This document shows, in pieces, positions 1 to 10,210 of a stretch of DNA of 64,000 nt (the first letter of the stretch is position 1; the number at the start of each line of letters is the position of its first letter). The notes under the pieces were generated by a model. The model had not been told where the DNA came from and did no database searches. It saw nothing but the letters and a program-made list of their open reading frames with translations. The DNA is from an uncultured Candidatus Rokubacteria bacterium (GTDB lineage: Bacteria > Methylomirabilota > Methylomirabilia > Rokubacteriales > CSP1-6). The translations under genes were made by a program, and so were the position numbers. The stretch spans positions 608,001 to 672,000 of the forward strand of contig CAVWFS010000008.1 in the NCBI GenBank assembly GCA_963754315.1. The letters run 5' to 3'.

Positions 1-464
1 TCCTTGACGAATAGCTTGCGCCCGCTGAGCCGCTCCCCATCCACGCGAGTGGTCATGGCTTCCGGCATCAGCTCGCCGCTCTCCTCGAGAAGCGCGAGCG
101 CGCACCGCCGCTCTCCGTTGGCCAGGGCGGGCAGGAGCGCCCCTCGCTGCGCATCGCTGCCGGCGGTGGCGATGAGTGACGTGGCGACCACTGCGCTGTG
201 CAAATAGGGTCCCGGGAGACAGACGCGGCCCATCTCCTCCAGAAGCAGCATCACGTCGAGCAGCGAGCCCTCGCTGCCTCCGAACTCGCCGGGCACCAGC
301 AATCCGGTCCAACCGAGCTCTGCCATCGCGCGCCAGAGATGGTCTGGAAAGCTCCGCTCGTCCTTTGCGAGTTCGTCGAGGAGCTCCGGTGGGCAGTGTT
401 TGCGCAGGAAGTCCCGCGCGGTGGCCACGAGAAGCTCCTGGTCGTCGCCGAGTCGGAAATCCAT
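1..464 (-). CDS. acyl-CoA dehydrogenase family protein (5' part; runs off window edge)
   Basis: Own translation from ATG at 464: MDFRLGDDQELLVATARDFLRKHCPP...LWRAMAELGWTGLLVPGEFGG...LLEEMGR, a typical ACAD N-terminus; directly downstream of another ACAD. Confidence 0.85.
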   Translation of the reverse strand, partial: MDFRLGDDQELLVATARDFLRKHCPPELLDELAKDERSFPDHLWRAMAELGWTGLLVPGEFGGSEGSLLDVMLLLEEMGRVCLPGPYLHSAVVATSLIATAGSDAQRGALLPALANGERRCALALLEESGELMPEAMTTRVDGERLSGRKLFVK

Positions 465-472
465 GGCGTGCT

Positions 473-1660
473 TCAGGGCCGCCCGCTGGGAAGCCCGAGG
501 CCGCGGGTGGCCACGGTGGAACGCAGGATCTCCGAGGTCCCGCCTGCGATCGTGTGGCCGAGGCTCGTCAGATAGGCGTGCGGGATCTCGCCGCCCAAGG
601 GTGCTCGTGGAGACTCCGGCCGGAGGGTCCCATGAGGGCCGACCAGGTCCAGGGCGAAAGCCGCGAGCTTCTGGCCGAGCTCATCGGCCATGACCTTGGC
701 CAGCGCCGACTCGTAGCGTACGGCGTGGCCTTCCTGGATCAGCCAGCCAATGCGATAGAACAGCAGGCGCAGCGCCTCGATCTCTGTGGCCAGGGTGGCC
801 AGCGCACGGCGAAGTCCTCCATCGCGCGCGAGGAGCGTGCCGCCCCGGGTGGTCGTGTTGGCGTACTCGACGAGGGCTCCGAGCAGGCGTTTCAGGGCAG
901 GGGCCTTGTAGAAGCGGCCCCAGAAGCGATCGGTGTCCAGGCCCTTCAGGAGTTGCACGAATCCCTCGCCCTCCCGACCTAGCCGGAAGGCGACGGGTAC
1001 TCGCACCTCATCGAGGAACACCTCGTAGTGATAGACCTCTCCGGTGAGGCTCCGGATGGGACGAACGTCCATGCCCTTGGTGCTGTTGGCGACCACCAGC
1101 ATGCTCAGTCCGTGCGACCGGCGTGACTCGTGGCTCGTGCGCGCGAGAACGAGTCCGTAGTCCGCAAGCCCGGCGTGGCTGCTCCAGATCTTGTGGCCAC
1201 GCACGACGTAATGATCGCCGTCACGCCGGGCCTCTGTCTTGAGGGCAAGCAGGTCGGAGCCTGCCTCGGGCTCACTGAAGCCTTGCCAGAAGGTTGCTTC
1301 CCCACGCCCGATGCGCGGCAGCAGCTCCTCCTGGAGCGCGGGGGATCCGTAGCGAATGATGGCGTCGGCCGTCTGATCGCAGGCGGCGAGGGGACCGAAC
1401 GGTGCACCGACCAGGGCCAGCTCTTCCATCAGAATGAGCCTGAGCATCATTGGTCGTTCTTGCCCTCCGAAGCGACGCGGCCAGCCCATGCTGAGCCATC
1501 CCCGCTCCGCCAGGGCACGCAAGAACGCGTGCGACACGGCCCCCGACCCGTACCCAGCGTCCATGCCGTCGCGTGGAAAGGTGTCGGCGGGTCGCTGGCG
1601 CAGGAACTCGCGAACCTCTTCGGCAAAGGCTCGCTCGTCAGGGCTGAAGCCGAACTCCAT
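473..1660 (-). CDS. acyl-CoA dehydrogenase
   Basis: 395 aa; GFSEPEAGSDL, GHKIWSS and TIAGGTSEI motifs. Confidence 0.92.
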   Translation of the reverse strand: MEFGFSPDERAFAEEVREFLRQRPADTFPRDGMDAGYGSGAVSHAFLRALAERGWLSMGWPRRFGGQERPMMLRLILMEELALVGAPFGPLAACDQTADAIIRYGSPALQEELLPRIGRGEATFWQGFSEPEAGSDLLALKTEARRDGDHYVVRGHKIWSSHAGLADYGLVLARTSHESRRSHGLSMLVVANSTKGMDVRPIRSLTGEVYHYEVFLDEVRVPVAFRLGREGEGFVQLLKGLDTDRFWGRFYKAPALKRLLGALVEYANTTTRGGTLLARDGGLRRALATLATEIEALRLLFYRIGWLIQEGHAVRYESALAKVMADELGQKLAAFALDLVGPHGTLRPESPRAPLGGEIPHAYLTSLGHTIAGGTSEILRSTVATRGLGLPSGRP

Positions 1661-1725
1661 GATGTTCTCCTCGCGCGGGGATTCTACACTCCTCGGCGGC
1701 CACGAAACGCGGTACTCTGAGCCTG

Positions 1726-4050
1726 GTGATCGGGACCTCTCCGCGCCGCAAGGAAGACCGCCGCCTCCTCGTCGGCGCCGGCCGCTTCGTCGACGACCTC
1801 ACGCGTCCTGACCTGGTATGCCTGGCCATGGTGCGCAGCCGCGAACCTCACGCGCGCGTGGTCCGCATCGCCACCGAAGCCGCCCGGGCTGGCCCCGGGG
1901 TGGTTGCGGTGTGGACGGGGGCTGACCTCGACGACGTGGCCTCGACCATTCCAGCCGCATACGGCGGCGTTCACAAGGGTCGGCCCTTCGTCGAGCCCAT
2001 TCTTCCCCGCCACATCGTGCGCTACGTGGGTGAGGTGATCGCGGTGGTCATCGCCACCGACGCCGGATGCCTGGCCGACGCCGTGGAACTGGTCACGGTC
2101 GATTACGCGCCCCTGCCGCCGCTCCTGTCGCCGGCGAGCGCGCTCCACGCTCCGACGCGCCTGCACGAGGGATGGCCCGACAACGCTGCGCTGGTGGCCC
2201 GTGGTCTCACGGGCGACGTCGACCAGGGCTTCAGCGCGGCTGACCTCGTGGTCCAGGAACGTTTCCGCCATCCCCGCTTGAGCGGGATGGCGCTCGAAAC
2301 TCGCGGCGCCCTCGCATTGCCCGATCGTGAGTCGGGCGAGCTGGTCGTCTATGCGTCGCACCAGAATCCCTACCGGCTCCGTGACGCGATCGCCGCCGTC
2401 CTCGGACTTCCCAGCGAGCTCGTACGGGTGGTGATGCCCGACGTGGGCGGCGGCTTCGGGCCGAAGGGATCAATCTACGTGGAAGAGATTCTGGTGGCGG
2501 CGGCCGCGCGGCGGCTTGATCGGCCCGTCAAGTGGGTGGAGTCGCGTCGTGAGCATCTGATGTCGACCGGCCACGACCGCGACCAGCACCACGAAATCCG
2601 CGCAGGCTTCCGGCGCGACGGGACCATTGCCGCCATCGACAGCACGTTCCTCGCCGACGTGGGCGCCTATCCGGTCGAAGGGGACGGTCTCACCCTGAAT
2701 ACGGTGAATCACCTGTGCGCGCCCTACCGCGTCGCCCACTACCGAAGCGTGGGGACGAGCGTGGTGACCAACAAGACACCCAACGCGGCTTACCGGGGCG
2801 CTGGTCGTCCCGAGGCCGCCTTCGTGATGGAGCGCCTGCTCGACGTGGCCGCCCGCCGCCTGGGGCTCGACCCCGCCGAGATCCGCCGGCGCAATCTCAT
2901 TCGCCAGCCCGAGATGCCGTACCGGCCTGGTCTCACGTACAAGGACGGCGTTCCCATCCAGTACGATCCGGGTGACTTCGAGGCCGCCTTCGATCGTGCG
3001 CTCACCCTGCTCGACTACAAGGAGTGGCGCGCGCGCCAGACGCGACAGAAGGCGGCCACCCGCCGTATCGGCCTCGGGTTGGCATGCTACCTTCAGGGCT
3101 CCGGTCTCGGGCCGTACGAAGGCGCCACCGTGCGAGTGGATCCGAGCGGGAAGGTCTACGTCTATATCGGTGTGGCCGCGCAGGGACAAGGACACGCTAC
3201 AACCTTGGCCCAGATCGCGGCCACGGAGATCGGGACGGCCCTGGACGACGTCATCGTCGTGGCCGGTGACACGACACAGTTTCCGTTCGGGATGGGCACC
3301 GGGGGCAGTCGGGTGACGGCCAACGCGGGGCCGGCCGTGGCGCGCACCGCGCGCGAGGTCCGGGCGCGGGCGGCGGCGGTGGCCGCCGAGGTGCTCGAGT
3401 GCGCGTCGGAGGACGTTCGCATCGAGAACGGAGCGGCCCACGTCGTCGGCGCGCCCACGCGGGCGGTGACGCTCGGCCGACTCGCCCATGCTGCCATCAA
3501 GGCCAAGTCGCTCGTGCGGAAGGCGGGCGAGCCGGGGCTGAACGCCTGCACCTATTTCGCGCCGGAGACAGTGACCTGGGCCTTTGGTACCCAAGCGGCC
3601 GTGGTGGAGGTCGATCTCGAGACATGCGTCACCACGCTCCTGCGCTACGTGGTCGTGCACGATCCCGGGCGTGCCATCAATCCCGCCATTGTCGAAGGAC
3701 AGCTCCAGGGTGGTGCCGTGCAGGGACTGGCAGCCGGGCTCCTCGAGGAGGTCATCTACGACGACCATGGTCAGCTCGTGAGCGGAAGCCTGATGGACTA
3801 CCCTCTCCCACGCGCTGACGATCTCCCGTTCATCCCGGTCGCGCTCGAGGAGCATCGCTCCATGATCAACGACCTCGGCGTCAAGGGCGTGGGGGAGAGC
3901 GGGGCCATTCCCGGGGCGGCGGCCATCGCCAATGCCGTCGAAGATGCCGTGGCCGACCTCGGGGTGACCATCCGGGAGGTCCCGGTCACGCCAGCGCGCT
4001 TGTTCGCGTTGCTGGAGGCGACGCGGCGCGTCTCCCTCAGCCCGTCTTGA
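1726..4050 (+). CDS. xanthine dehydrogenase family molybdopterin-binding subunit (form II CoxL-like)
   Basis: 774 aa; DVGGGFGPK, AYRGAGRPE, QGQGHATTLAQI and KGVGESG motifs. Confidence 0.9.
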   Translation: MIGTSPRRKEDRRLLVGAGRFVDDLTRPDLVCLAMVRSREPHARVVRIATEAARAGPGVVAVWTGADLDDVASTIPAAYGGVHKGRPFVEPILPRHIVRYVGEVIAVVIATDAGCLADAVELVTVDYAPLPPLLSPASALHAPTRLHEGWPDNAALVARGLTGDVDQGFSAADLVVQERFRHPRLSGMALETRGALALPDRESGELVVYASHQNPYRLRDAIAAVLGLPSELVRVVMPDVGGGFGPKGSIYVEEILVAAAARRLDRPVKWVESRREHLMSTGHDRDQHHEIRAGFRRDGTIAAIDSTFLADVGAYPVEGDGLTLNTVNHLCAPYRVAHYRSVGTSVVTNKTPNAAYRGAGRPEAAFVMERLLDVAARRLGLDPAEIRRRNLIRQPEMPYRPGLTYKDGVPIQYDPGDFEAAFDRALTLLDYKEWRARQTRQKAATRRIGLGLACYLQGSGLGPYEGATVRVDPSGKVYVYIGVAAQGQGHATTLAQIAATEIGTALDDVIVVAGDTTQFPFGMGTGGSRVTANAGPAVARTAREVRARAAAVAAEVLECASEDVRIENGAAHVVGAPTRAVTLGRLAHAAIKAKSLVRKAGEPGLNACTYFAPETVTWAFGTQAAVVEVDLETCVTTLLRYVVVHDPGRAINPAIVEGQLQGGAVQGLAAGLLEEVIYDDHGQLVSGSLMDYPLPRADDLPFIPVALEEHRSMINDLGVKGVGESGAIPGAAAIANAVEDAVADLGVTIREVPVTPARLFALLEATRRVSLSPS

Positions 4051-4942
4051 AGAGCACCCCGACGTCGAGGTCGGGGTTCAGATGTGCCAGATCATCCGTG
4101 ATGGCCCGACGAACATCCTCCATCTCGCGCGCGGGTCGCTCGGGATCCAGGAAGAAGGAGACGAGGACGAAGATTCGGCTGCCGGCCTTTCGGACGCGCA
4201 CCCACTCCAGGCCTTTGAGATGGAATCGCTCCACAATCGCTCGCGCCGATTCCTCGACGGCGTTCACGGTCTCCGCGTACGGATTGGCGTCGACCAGGTC
4301 CGACAAGCTCTCCTTGAGAATGTCGTAGGGCTTTCGCAACAGAATGACCGACAGGATGATGCAGACGATGGGGTCCACGTACGAGCTGGCTTCCAGGTGT
4401 CCCCAATGCTTCATGATCTCCGAAACGGCGAACGCCACGCAGACTCCCAGCGCCAGCCAGCCCTCCACGATCCATAGCTCGGCCTCGGCCTGGACGAGCT
4501 GAGAAGTCGTGCGGCGCCCGACGCGCTTCATCCAGGCCCCAAAGACGACCGACACCAGGAAGCTGAACAGCGAGTACACGATAACGAGGCGCGTATTCGC
4601 GACGGGGTCAGGGTGAATGAGGTCCCGGATGGCATAGCCGGCGGCGCTCGCGCAGACGGCGGTCACCAGGACGCCTTCGACGGTGGTCATGAGCGGCTCG
4701 TACTTGGCGTAGCCGAAGTGGTAGTGGCGGTCGGCCGGCTGATGAACCTTGCGGATGACGAAGATGCACAAGACGGAGATGACAACGTCGACCACCCCCG
4801 ACATCGCCTCCAGGGTCATGGTCTCCGAGTCGGAGAACAGCGCGATGATCACGGCGCCGACGGCGAAGGCGACGGTCAGGACGGAGGACACCCGAAGGGC
4901 GTCGATCTCCGACCGTGCTCTCGTCTCGCGGCCGACGTCCAT
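4037..4942 (-). CDS. cation diffusion facilitator (CDF) family transporter
   Basis: 301 aa, about 6 TM segments; QPADRHYHFGYAKYE and YVDP motifs. Confidence 0.85.
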   Translation of the reverse strand: MDVGRETRARSEIDALRVSSVLTVAFAVGAVIIALFSDSETMTLEAMSGVVDVVISVLCIFVIRKVHQPADRHYHFGYAKYEPLMTTVEGVLVTAVCASAAGYAIRDLIHPDPVANTRLVIVYSLFSFLVSVVFGAWMKRVGRRTTSQLVQAEAELWIVEGWLALGVCVAFAVSEIMKHWGHLEASSYVDPIVCIILSVILLRKPYDILKESLSDLVDANPYAETVNAVEESARAIVERFHLKGLEWVRVRKAGSRIFVLVSFFLDPERPAREMEDVRRAITDDLAHLNPDLDVGVLFKTG

Positions 4943-4972
4943 CCTTCCCTGGCCCTGGCTCGAGAGCCTCTC

Positions 4973-5800
4973 CTATTTCAGGAGCGCGCGCACGAGCTCG
5001 TCGACGGGGGGAGGCGTCGCGTCTTTGTAAGCCTCGAGACGTCGGTAGATCTCGGCCGAGGCCTGGTGGAATCCGTCCGGCAGGCCGGCGCTGGCGAAGG
5101 TGGCCGCGATCTCTTCCATTTCCCCCACGAAACGCCACGCCTTGCGCGCATTGCCCTTGGCCGCCCCTTCGGACCGCGCGGGCAAGTCGGGTTGGGAGAG
5201 CGACCACTCCCGCAGCAGGGCCGCATCGACACCCTCGGCGGCGGCCAGGGCACGGACGGCGAGAAGGAGCGCCGCGCTGCCTTTGGTCCACCCGGCGTAA
5301 GCCATCTTGAGCGCGGAGGCTGCTCCCGGGCCGCCATCCACCACCCGCGCCTCGAGCGCGCTGCCTTCGAAGAGGGCGGCCACGCGAGAAGCGCTGTCGC
5401 CGGACAGGTACAGGCGCGTAGAACCCCGTGCCTGGGGCGGCGGGCCAATGATTCCCCCGTCCACGAAGATCGCGCCGGCCTTCTCGATGACGGCGCCGAG
5501 CTCCCGAGCCGTGGCAGGCGATACGGCGTTGGCATCGACAAAGATCCCCCGGAAGCCAAGATCCCCCACCTCACGCGCCACGTCCACCGCCGCATGCGGA
5601 GGGCACACCGAGAGGATCACGTCGCTGGCGGTCACCAATGCCGCCAGGCTTCCCGCATCCTCCAGACCGGCGGTGCGCGCCCGCGCCTGGGTGCTTGCTC
5701 CTCGCCCCCTCGCCGACCACAGCACCCGCGCCCCGCTTGCCCGCGCGGCCATCCCCACCATGCTGCCCATTTCTCCGGGATGAAGCAGACCGATCGTCAT
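4973..5800 (-). CDS. NAD(P)-dependent oxidoreductase (6-phosphogluconate/hydroxyisobutyrate dehydrogenase-like, DUF1932)
   Basis: 275 aa; GLLHPGEMG, DANAVSP, FVDGGIIGPPP, ASALKMAYA, KAWRFVGEMEEI. Confidence 0.85.
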   Translation of the reverse strand: MTIGLLHPGEMGSMVGMAARASGARVLWSARGRGASTQARARTAGLEDAGSLAALVTASDVILSVCPPHAAVDVAREVGDLGFRGIFVDANAVSPATARELGAVIEKAGAIFVDGGIIGPPPQARGSTRLYLSGDSASRVAALFEGSALEARVVDGGPGAASALKMAYAGWTKGSAALLLAVRALAAAEGVDAALLREWSLSQPDLPARSEGAAKGNARKAWRFVGEMEEIAATFASAGLPDGFHQASAEIYRRLEAYKDATPPPVDELVRALLK

Positions 5801-5965
5801 CTCAGTTCCTCCTTGTCCGTTCGCATCATCTCCACGGCACTGCCCCGCCCCACCGGTTCAGATACGTCGTCTCCGAGGTTGGCTCCAGGCGCTTTACAGA
5901 ACTTTACCTCGGCCACACAGGGGATTAACAGAGGGGGCGCATATTCGTCGACAGAGGAGGACATC

Positions 5966-6412
5966 ATGAAGCGACGCACGATCATCGGAATGGTAGCGGT
6001 CTTGGCGAGCGGGGCCCTGGTGGGTGCCACCGCGTTCGCCTTCGGCGGTCCCACGCACCGCGCGAGCGTGATGAAGCGATTCGTGGCAGCCGCCATCGAC
6101 GATGCCCTGGAAGGCGCCGCGGTCACCCCTGAGCAGCGGGCCGTCATCTATGCGGCGCGCGACCGCGTCTTTGCCGCCGCGGAGGAGCACCGGACGGCGC
6201 GTCGCTCACGGCTGGAGGAGGTCCTTCGTCTCTTCGAGGCGGACGAGATCGACGCTGCCCAGGTTGCAGCCCTGCGGCAGCGGGGTGAGGAGAACCATAA
6301 GAAGCTCGCGGATACGGTCAGCCAGGCTATCCACGAGGTCCACGACGTCCTCACCCCCGGCCAGCGCAAGGTGGTGGCCGATTATGTGCGCTCCCACAGG
6401 CCTCACATGTGA
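5966..6412 (+). CDS. Spy/CpxP-family periplasmic protein
   Basis: AGAGGAGG RBS then ATG at 5966; signal peptide MKRRTIIGMVAVLASG; two LTPxQR-type motifs (VTPEQR, LTPGQR); upstream of a TCS. Confidence 0.8.
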   Translation: MKRRTIIGMVAVLASGALVGATAFAFGGPTHRASVMKRFVAAAIDDALEGAAVTPEQRAVIYAARDRVFAAAEEHRTARRSRLEEVLRLFEADEIDAAQVAALRQRGEENHKKLADTVSQAIHEVHDVLTPGQRKVVADYVRSHRPHM

Positions 6413-6429
6413 GCTGATACCGTAACGGC

Positions 6430-7143
6430 ATGGCAGGGCCTGTGGCCGCGCTCCTCATCGAGGACGATGCCCGCCTGGGGGCGATGGTGACCGAGTATCT
6501 CGGCAGACACGAGGTCGAGGTCACCGTCGCCGCCGATGGGGAGCGCGGCCTGGCCGCGCTCGCGCATCGCCGTTTCGACGTGGTGCTGCTCGATGTGATG
6601 CTGCCCGGGATCGATGGCTTCGAGGTCTGCCGCCGCCTGCGCGCGGCCGCCCAGAGCGCCACCGTCCCCATCATCATGCTGACAGCTCGCGGCGAGGATG
6701 TCGACCGCATCGTTGGCCTCGAGATCGGGGCCGACGACTACCTCGGGAAACCCTTCAACCCCCGCGAGCTGCTCGCGCGCATCCGTGCCGTCCTGCGTCG
6801 ATCGTCGCCAGCGACGCCGCCCCCAGGCCGGCCATTGCGCGTGGGGTCGCTCGAGATCGACTGGGACGCGCGCGAGGTGGCTCTCGAGGGCCGTCCGATC
6901 GTGCTGACCCGCTACGAGTTCGACCTGCTCGCGCTCCTGGCGCGAGCCGCCGGCCGGGTGCTCTCCCGCGATCAACTGCTCGATGCGTTGAAGGGGGAAG
7001 AGTACGAGGCGTTTGACCGCTCCATCGACGTGCACATCTCGAAGCTCCGGGCCAAGCTCGAGCGCAATCCCAAGGCTCCCCGCTACATCAAGACGGTGCG
7101 TGGCCTCGGCTACGTGTTCCTGCGCGGGGCGGACGGCGGGTGA
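6430..7143 (+). CDS. OmpR/CpxR-family response regulator
   Basis: 237 aa; REC domain (LLDVMLPG, GADDYLGKPF) plus winged helix (DRSIDVHISKLR, IKTVRGLGY). Confidence 0.93.
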   Translation: MAGPVAALLIEDDARLGAMVTEYLGRHEVEVTVAADGERGLAALAHRRFDVVLLDVMLPGIDGFEVCRRLRAAAQSATVPIIMLTARGEDVDRIVGLEIGADDYLGKPFNPRELLARIRAVLRRSSPATPPPGRPLRVGSLEIDWDAREVALEGRPIVLTRYEFDLLALLARAAGRVLSRDQLLDALKGEEYEAFDRSIDVHISKLRAKLERNPKAPRYIKTVRGLGYVFLRGADGG

Positions 7144-8527
7144 ATCGGCTCCACTTCCGGATCTATCTGCATTTCCTCGGGGTTCTCCTCGTGGTCGGCC
7201 TGCTCGCCACGCTTGTGTTCACCCTGGGAACGCGAGGGGTTCCCTGGCGCGACGTGGCCGAGCGGGGGGCGCGCCACGTGGCCTCGCTGATCGGCGAGGC
7301 GTGGAGCGACCAGGAGGTGCTAGCCCGTCGGCTCCAGCAGCTGCACGAGGATCTCGAGATCGACATGACGTTGCAAGATCTGGATGGCCGCGTGGTCGCC
7401 AAGGTCGGCAGGATCGTGCCCGCCCTCACCGTCGCGGAGACCGCCGAGCTTCGAGCTGGTAGGGTGATCGTCACGCGCCGTCCCGGCTGGTTCGTGGCGG
7501 CCCCCGTCCGGGACGCCGCGGATGAGGTGGTCGGCGTCCTGCGAGCGTCATCGCCCCGCCGCCTGGGCCCGCCCAGTCTGTTCGCCCCTTCCTCGTCGTG
7601 GTGGCTGTTCTCGTGATGGTGGCCCTCGCAACCATCCCGCTGGCGCGACGCATTGCCCGTCCCCTCGAGCGGCTCACCGAGGGGGCACGCCGGGTAGGTG
7701 GGGGGGAGCTCGGCTACCGCGTTCTCGACGACCCGGGAAAGGGCCGCTCGTGGTGGCGACCTTGGGCCAGACCCACCGACGAGCTGGCCCTTCTGACACG
7801 CGCCTTCAACGAGATGGCCGAGCGGGTCGAGCGTACGGTGCGGGGCCAGAAGGAACTGCTGGCAAACATCTCCCACGAGCTCCGCTCACCCTTGACCCGC
7901 CTGCGCCTGGCCCTGGAGCTCCTGCCCCGCTCGGGCGAGAATGCCGCCCGGTTTCGTGACGTGGAACGCGATCTCGCCGAGCTCGATCGACTGATCGACG
8001 ACGTGCTGACCACTGCTCGGCTCGAGGCGACCGGCCTTCCCGCGCATCTGGGTGAGGTGAACGCGCGACACCTTCTTCGCGAGATCGCCGAGCTGGCCCG
8101 TCACCATCCGCTGACGGACGGAATGGCCGTCACCGTGGCCGAAGGCCCTGAGATCCGGCTGATCGCGGACGAGGCCCTTCTGCGGCGCGCGCTCTGGAAC
8201 CTCGTGGAGAACGCCGCCAAGTACGGGGCGCCTCCCATCACCCTCGCCGCCTCACGCGAGGGTGATCAGATCCGCCTGAGCGTCAGCGACGATGGGCCCG
8301 GCATCAGCGCGGCGGATCGAGAGCGAGTGCTCGCCCCCTTTGTTCGTCTGGACGGCGCACGGACCCCAAGCCGGCCTGGCGAGCATCGCCAGGGGGTCGG
8401 TCTCGGTCTCACCCTGGTTTGCCGGGTTGCGGAGGTCCATGGCGGTACGGTGGTCATCACGCCTGCCGTGACCGGAGAGGGGCACGAGAAGGGTTGCCGA
8501 GTGACGATCACCCTGCCCGCGGAGTAA
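7140..8527 (+). CDS. HAMP-domain sensor histidine kinase (frameshift near 7585)
   Basis: ORFs 7140-7616 and 7598-8527 join into TM-TM-HAMP-HisKA (ISHELRSPL)-HATPase (NLVENA, DDGPG, GLGL). Confidence 0.88.
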
Positions 8528-8535
8528 GCTCGGGA

Positions 8536-9027
8536 CTACCCGCGGCCAGTGAGGCAGCCTTCGAGGAGCGCGAGCGCCTCGCGTGTGAATCGCCACATGT
8601 TGGCCTCCCGATCGGGCTGGCCGGTCTCGACCGTGATGACCCGCTCGACGGGGCCCGCCACGGCGATGCACGCGTGCCCGGCCGCATCACCGTAACGATT
8701 GCCGGTAGGACCAGAAGCCCCGGTTTCGCTCAAACCCCACGTGGTGCCGAGCAATTCCCGCACGGAGCGCGCCTTGAGCAGCGCATAGGGTTCCGAGCTC
8801 GAGCGCATTCCCGCCATGGCTTCATCGGGGACCCGCAGCAGGGCCCGCCGGGCCGCCTGCGTGTAGATGACACTCCCACCGAGGAAGTAGGCGGAGGCAC
8901 CGGGAACAGCGAGCAGAGCGGCCGAGATCAACCCTCCGGCCGACGACTCCGCCACGGCCACCGTCTGCCCGCGCGCCTTCAAGAGACCGCCTACCGTCGA
9001 GGCCATCGAGCTGAGGTCGTTCATCAT
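8536..9027 (-). CDS. CinA/PncC-family NMN deamidase-like protein
   Basis: VAVAESSAGGLI, VPGASAYF and SETGASGP motifs; AAGGAG RBS before MMNDL. Confidence 0.85.
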   Translation of the reverse strand: MMNDLSSMASTVGGLLKARGQTVAVAESSAGGLISAALLAVPGASAYFLGGSVIYTQAARRALLRVPDEAMAGMRSSSEPYALLKARSVRELLGTTWGLSETGASGPTGNRYGDAAGHACIAVAGPVERVITVETGQPDREANMWRFTREALALLEGCLTGRG

Positions 9028-9085
9028 GGGCTCCTTGTTTGAGGCGAGAGTACCCGAAGTCCTGGGCATGTGAGAAGATTCCGAC

Positions 9086-10210
9086 ATGGTCACCGGCGAG
9101 GGGCGAGGGCTGCGGCAGGTCGGCTATTTCGATTGCGCAGGTGGGGGGCAGGTGGTCGTCGATGGCGAGGTGGCGTTCATCGCGCACATGCACGCCCCGG
9201 AGGGCACCACCCTCGTCGACGTGAGTGACCCTCGAAACCCACGGCGTCTGGCCGCGCTCGAGGTGCCAAAGGGCCTGCACTCGCACAAGGTCAGGGCGGC
9301 TCAGGGCGTCATGCTCGTGAATCGAGAAGCTCAGCCGGCGGATCACCCGCCTCCTGGCGTGCGAGGCGGCTTGGGCATCTTTGACGTATCCGACCCGCGT
9401 GCGCCTCGTGAGATCACCTTCTGGCCGTGCGGAGGAGCCGGTATCCATCGTTTCACCTTCGACGGTCGCTACGCGTATCTCTCCCCGGAAATGGACGGCT
9501 TCCTGGGCAACATCGTCATGATTCTCGACCTGCATGATCCCGCGCATCCCGAGGAGGTTGGCCGCTGGTGGATGCCCGGGCAGTGGATCGCCGGCGGAGA
9601 GAAGCCTACCTGGCCGGGGCGGCAGCACCGCTGCCATCACCCGATCCGACTCGGCAACCGGCTGTACGTGAGCTACTGGCACGGCGGCTTCGTCATCCTG
9701 GACATCGAGGACATGAGCAAGCCCCGGTACGTGGCCGGTCTCGATTGGAGCCCGCCCTTCACGCACCCGACCCACACGGCGCTGCCGGTCCCGTTTCCAC
9801 TCCACGGGCGGCGCGTGATGATCGTGAGCGACGAAGACGTCGCCAAGCTCGAGCCGTCGCCGCCCGCCTTTCTGTGGCTGGTGGACATCACCGCCGAGAC
9901 CCGGCCGGTCCCCTTCGCGACCTTCCAGGTGGCCGGGGTCGATGGCGCGCCCCAGCCGCCGTTCACCGGTTGCCATCAGCCCGCCGAAGAGGTGCGCAGC
10001 ACCGAGATTCCCGTCGCCTGGTTCGCCCATGGTCTGCGCGTGGTGGATATCGCCGATCCGCACCGGCCGCAGGAGGTGGCGTCCTTCATGCCGCCCGTTC
10101 CCGCGGGCCAGACGCGCGTGTCGAGCAACGACGTCTTCGTGGACCGACGCGGGCTCATCTACCTCATCGATCGCGGGCGCGGGCTTCACATCCTGGAACG
10201 GGTGCGATGA
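9086..10210 (+). CDS. LVIVD-repeat beta-propeller protein
   Basis: 374 aa; repeated xxDVSDPxxP units, HSHK/HRF/CHH/THT His motifs. Confidence 0.8.
   Translation: MVTGEGRGLRQVGYFDCAGGGQVVVDGEVAFIAHMHAPEGTTLVDVSDPRNPRRLAALEVPKGLHSHKVRAAQGVMLVNREAQPADHPPPGVRGGLGIFDVSDPRAPREITFWPCGGAGIHRFTFDGRYAYLSPEMDGFLGNIVMILDLHDPAHPEEVGRWWMPGQWIAGGEKPTWPGRQHRCHHPIRLGNRLYVSYWHGGFVILDIEDMSKPRYVAGLDWSPPFTHPTHTALPVPFPLHGRRVMIVSDEDVAKLEPSPPAFLWLVDITAETRPVPFATFQVAGVDGAPQPPFTGCHQPAEEVRSTEIPVAWFAHGLRVVDIADPHRPQEVASFMPPVPAGQTRVSSNDVFVDRRGLIYLIDRGRGLHILERVR

Noticed and set aside
1726..4050. Bona fide aerobic CO dehydrogenase
   Set aside because: The active-site loop is AYRGAGR (form II) rather than AYxCSFR, and no coxM/coxS genes are adjacent
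4613..5965. Long alternative-frame and antisense ORFs here and throughout the window
   Set aside because: Expected in high-GC DNA; they overlap better-supported genes and lack motifs
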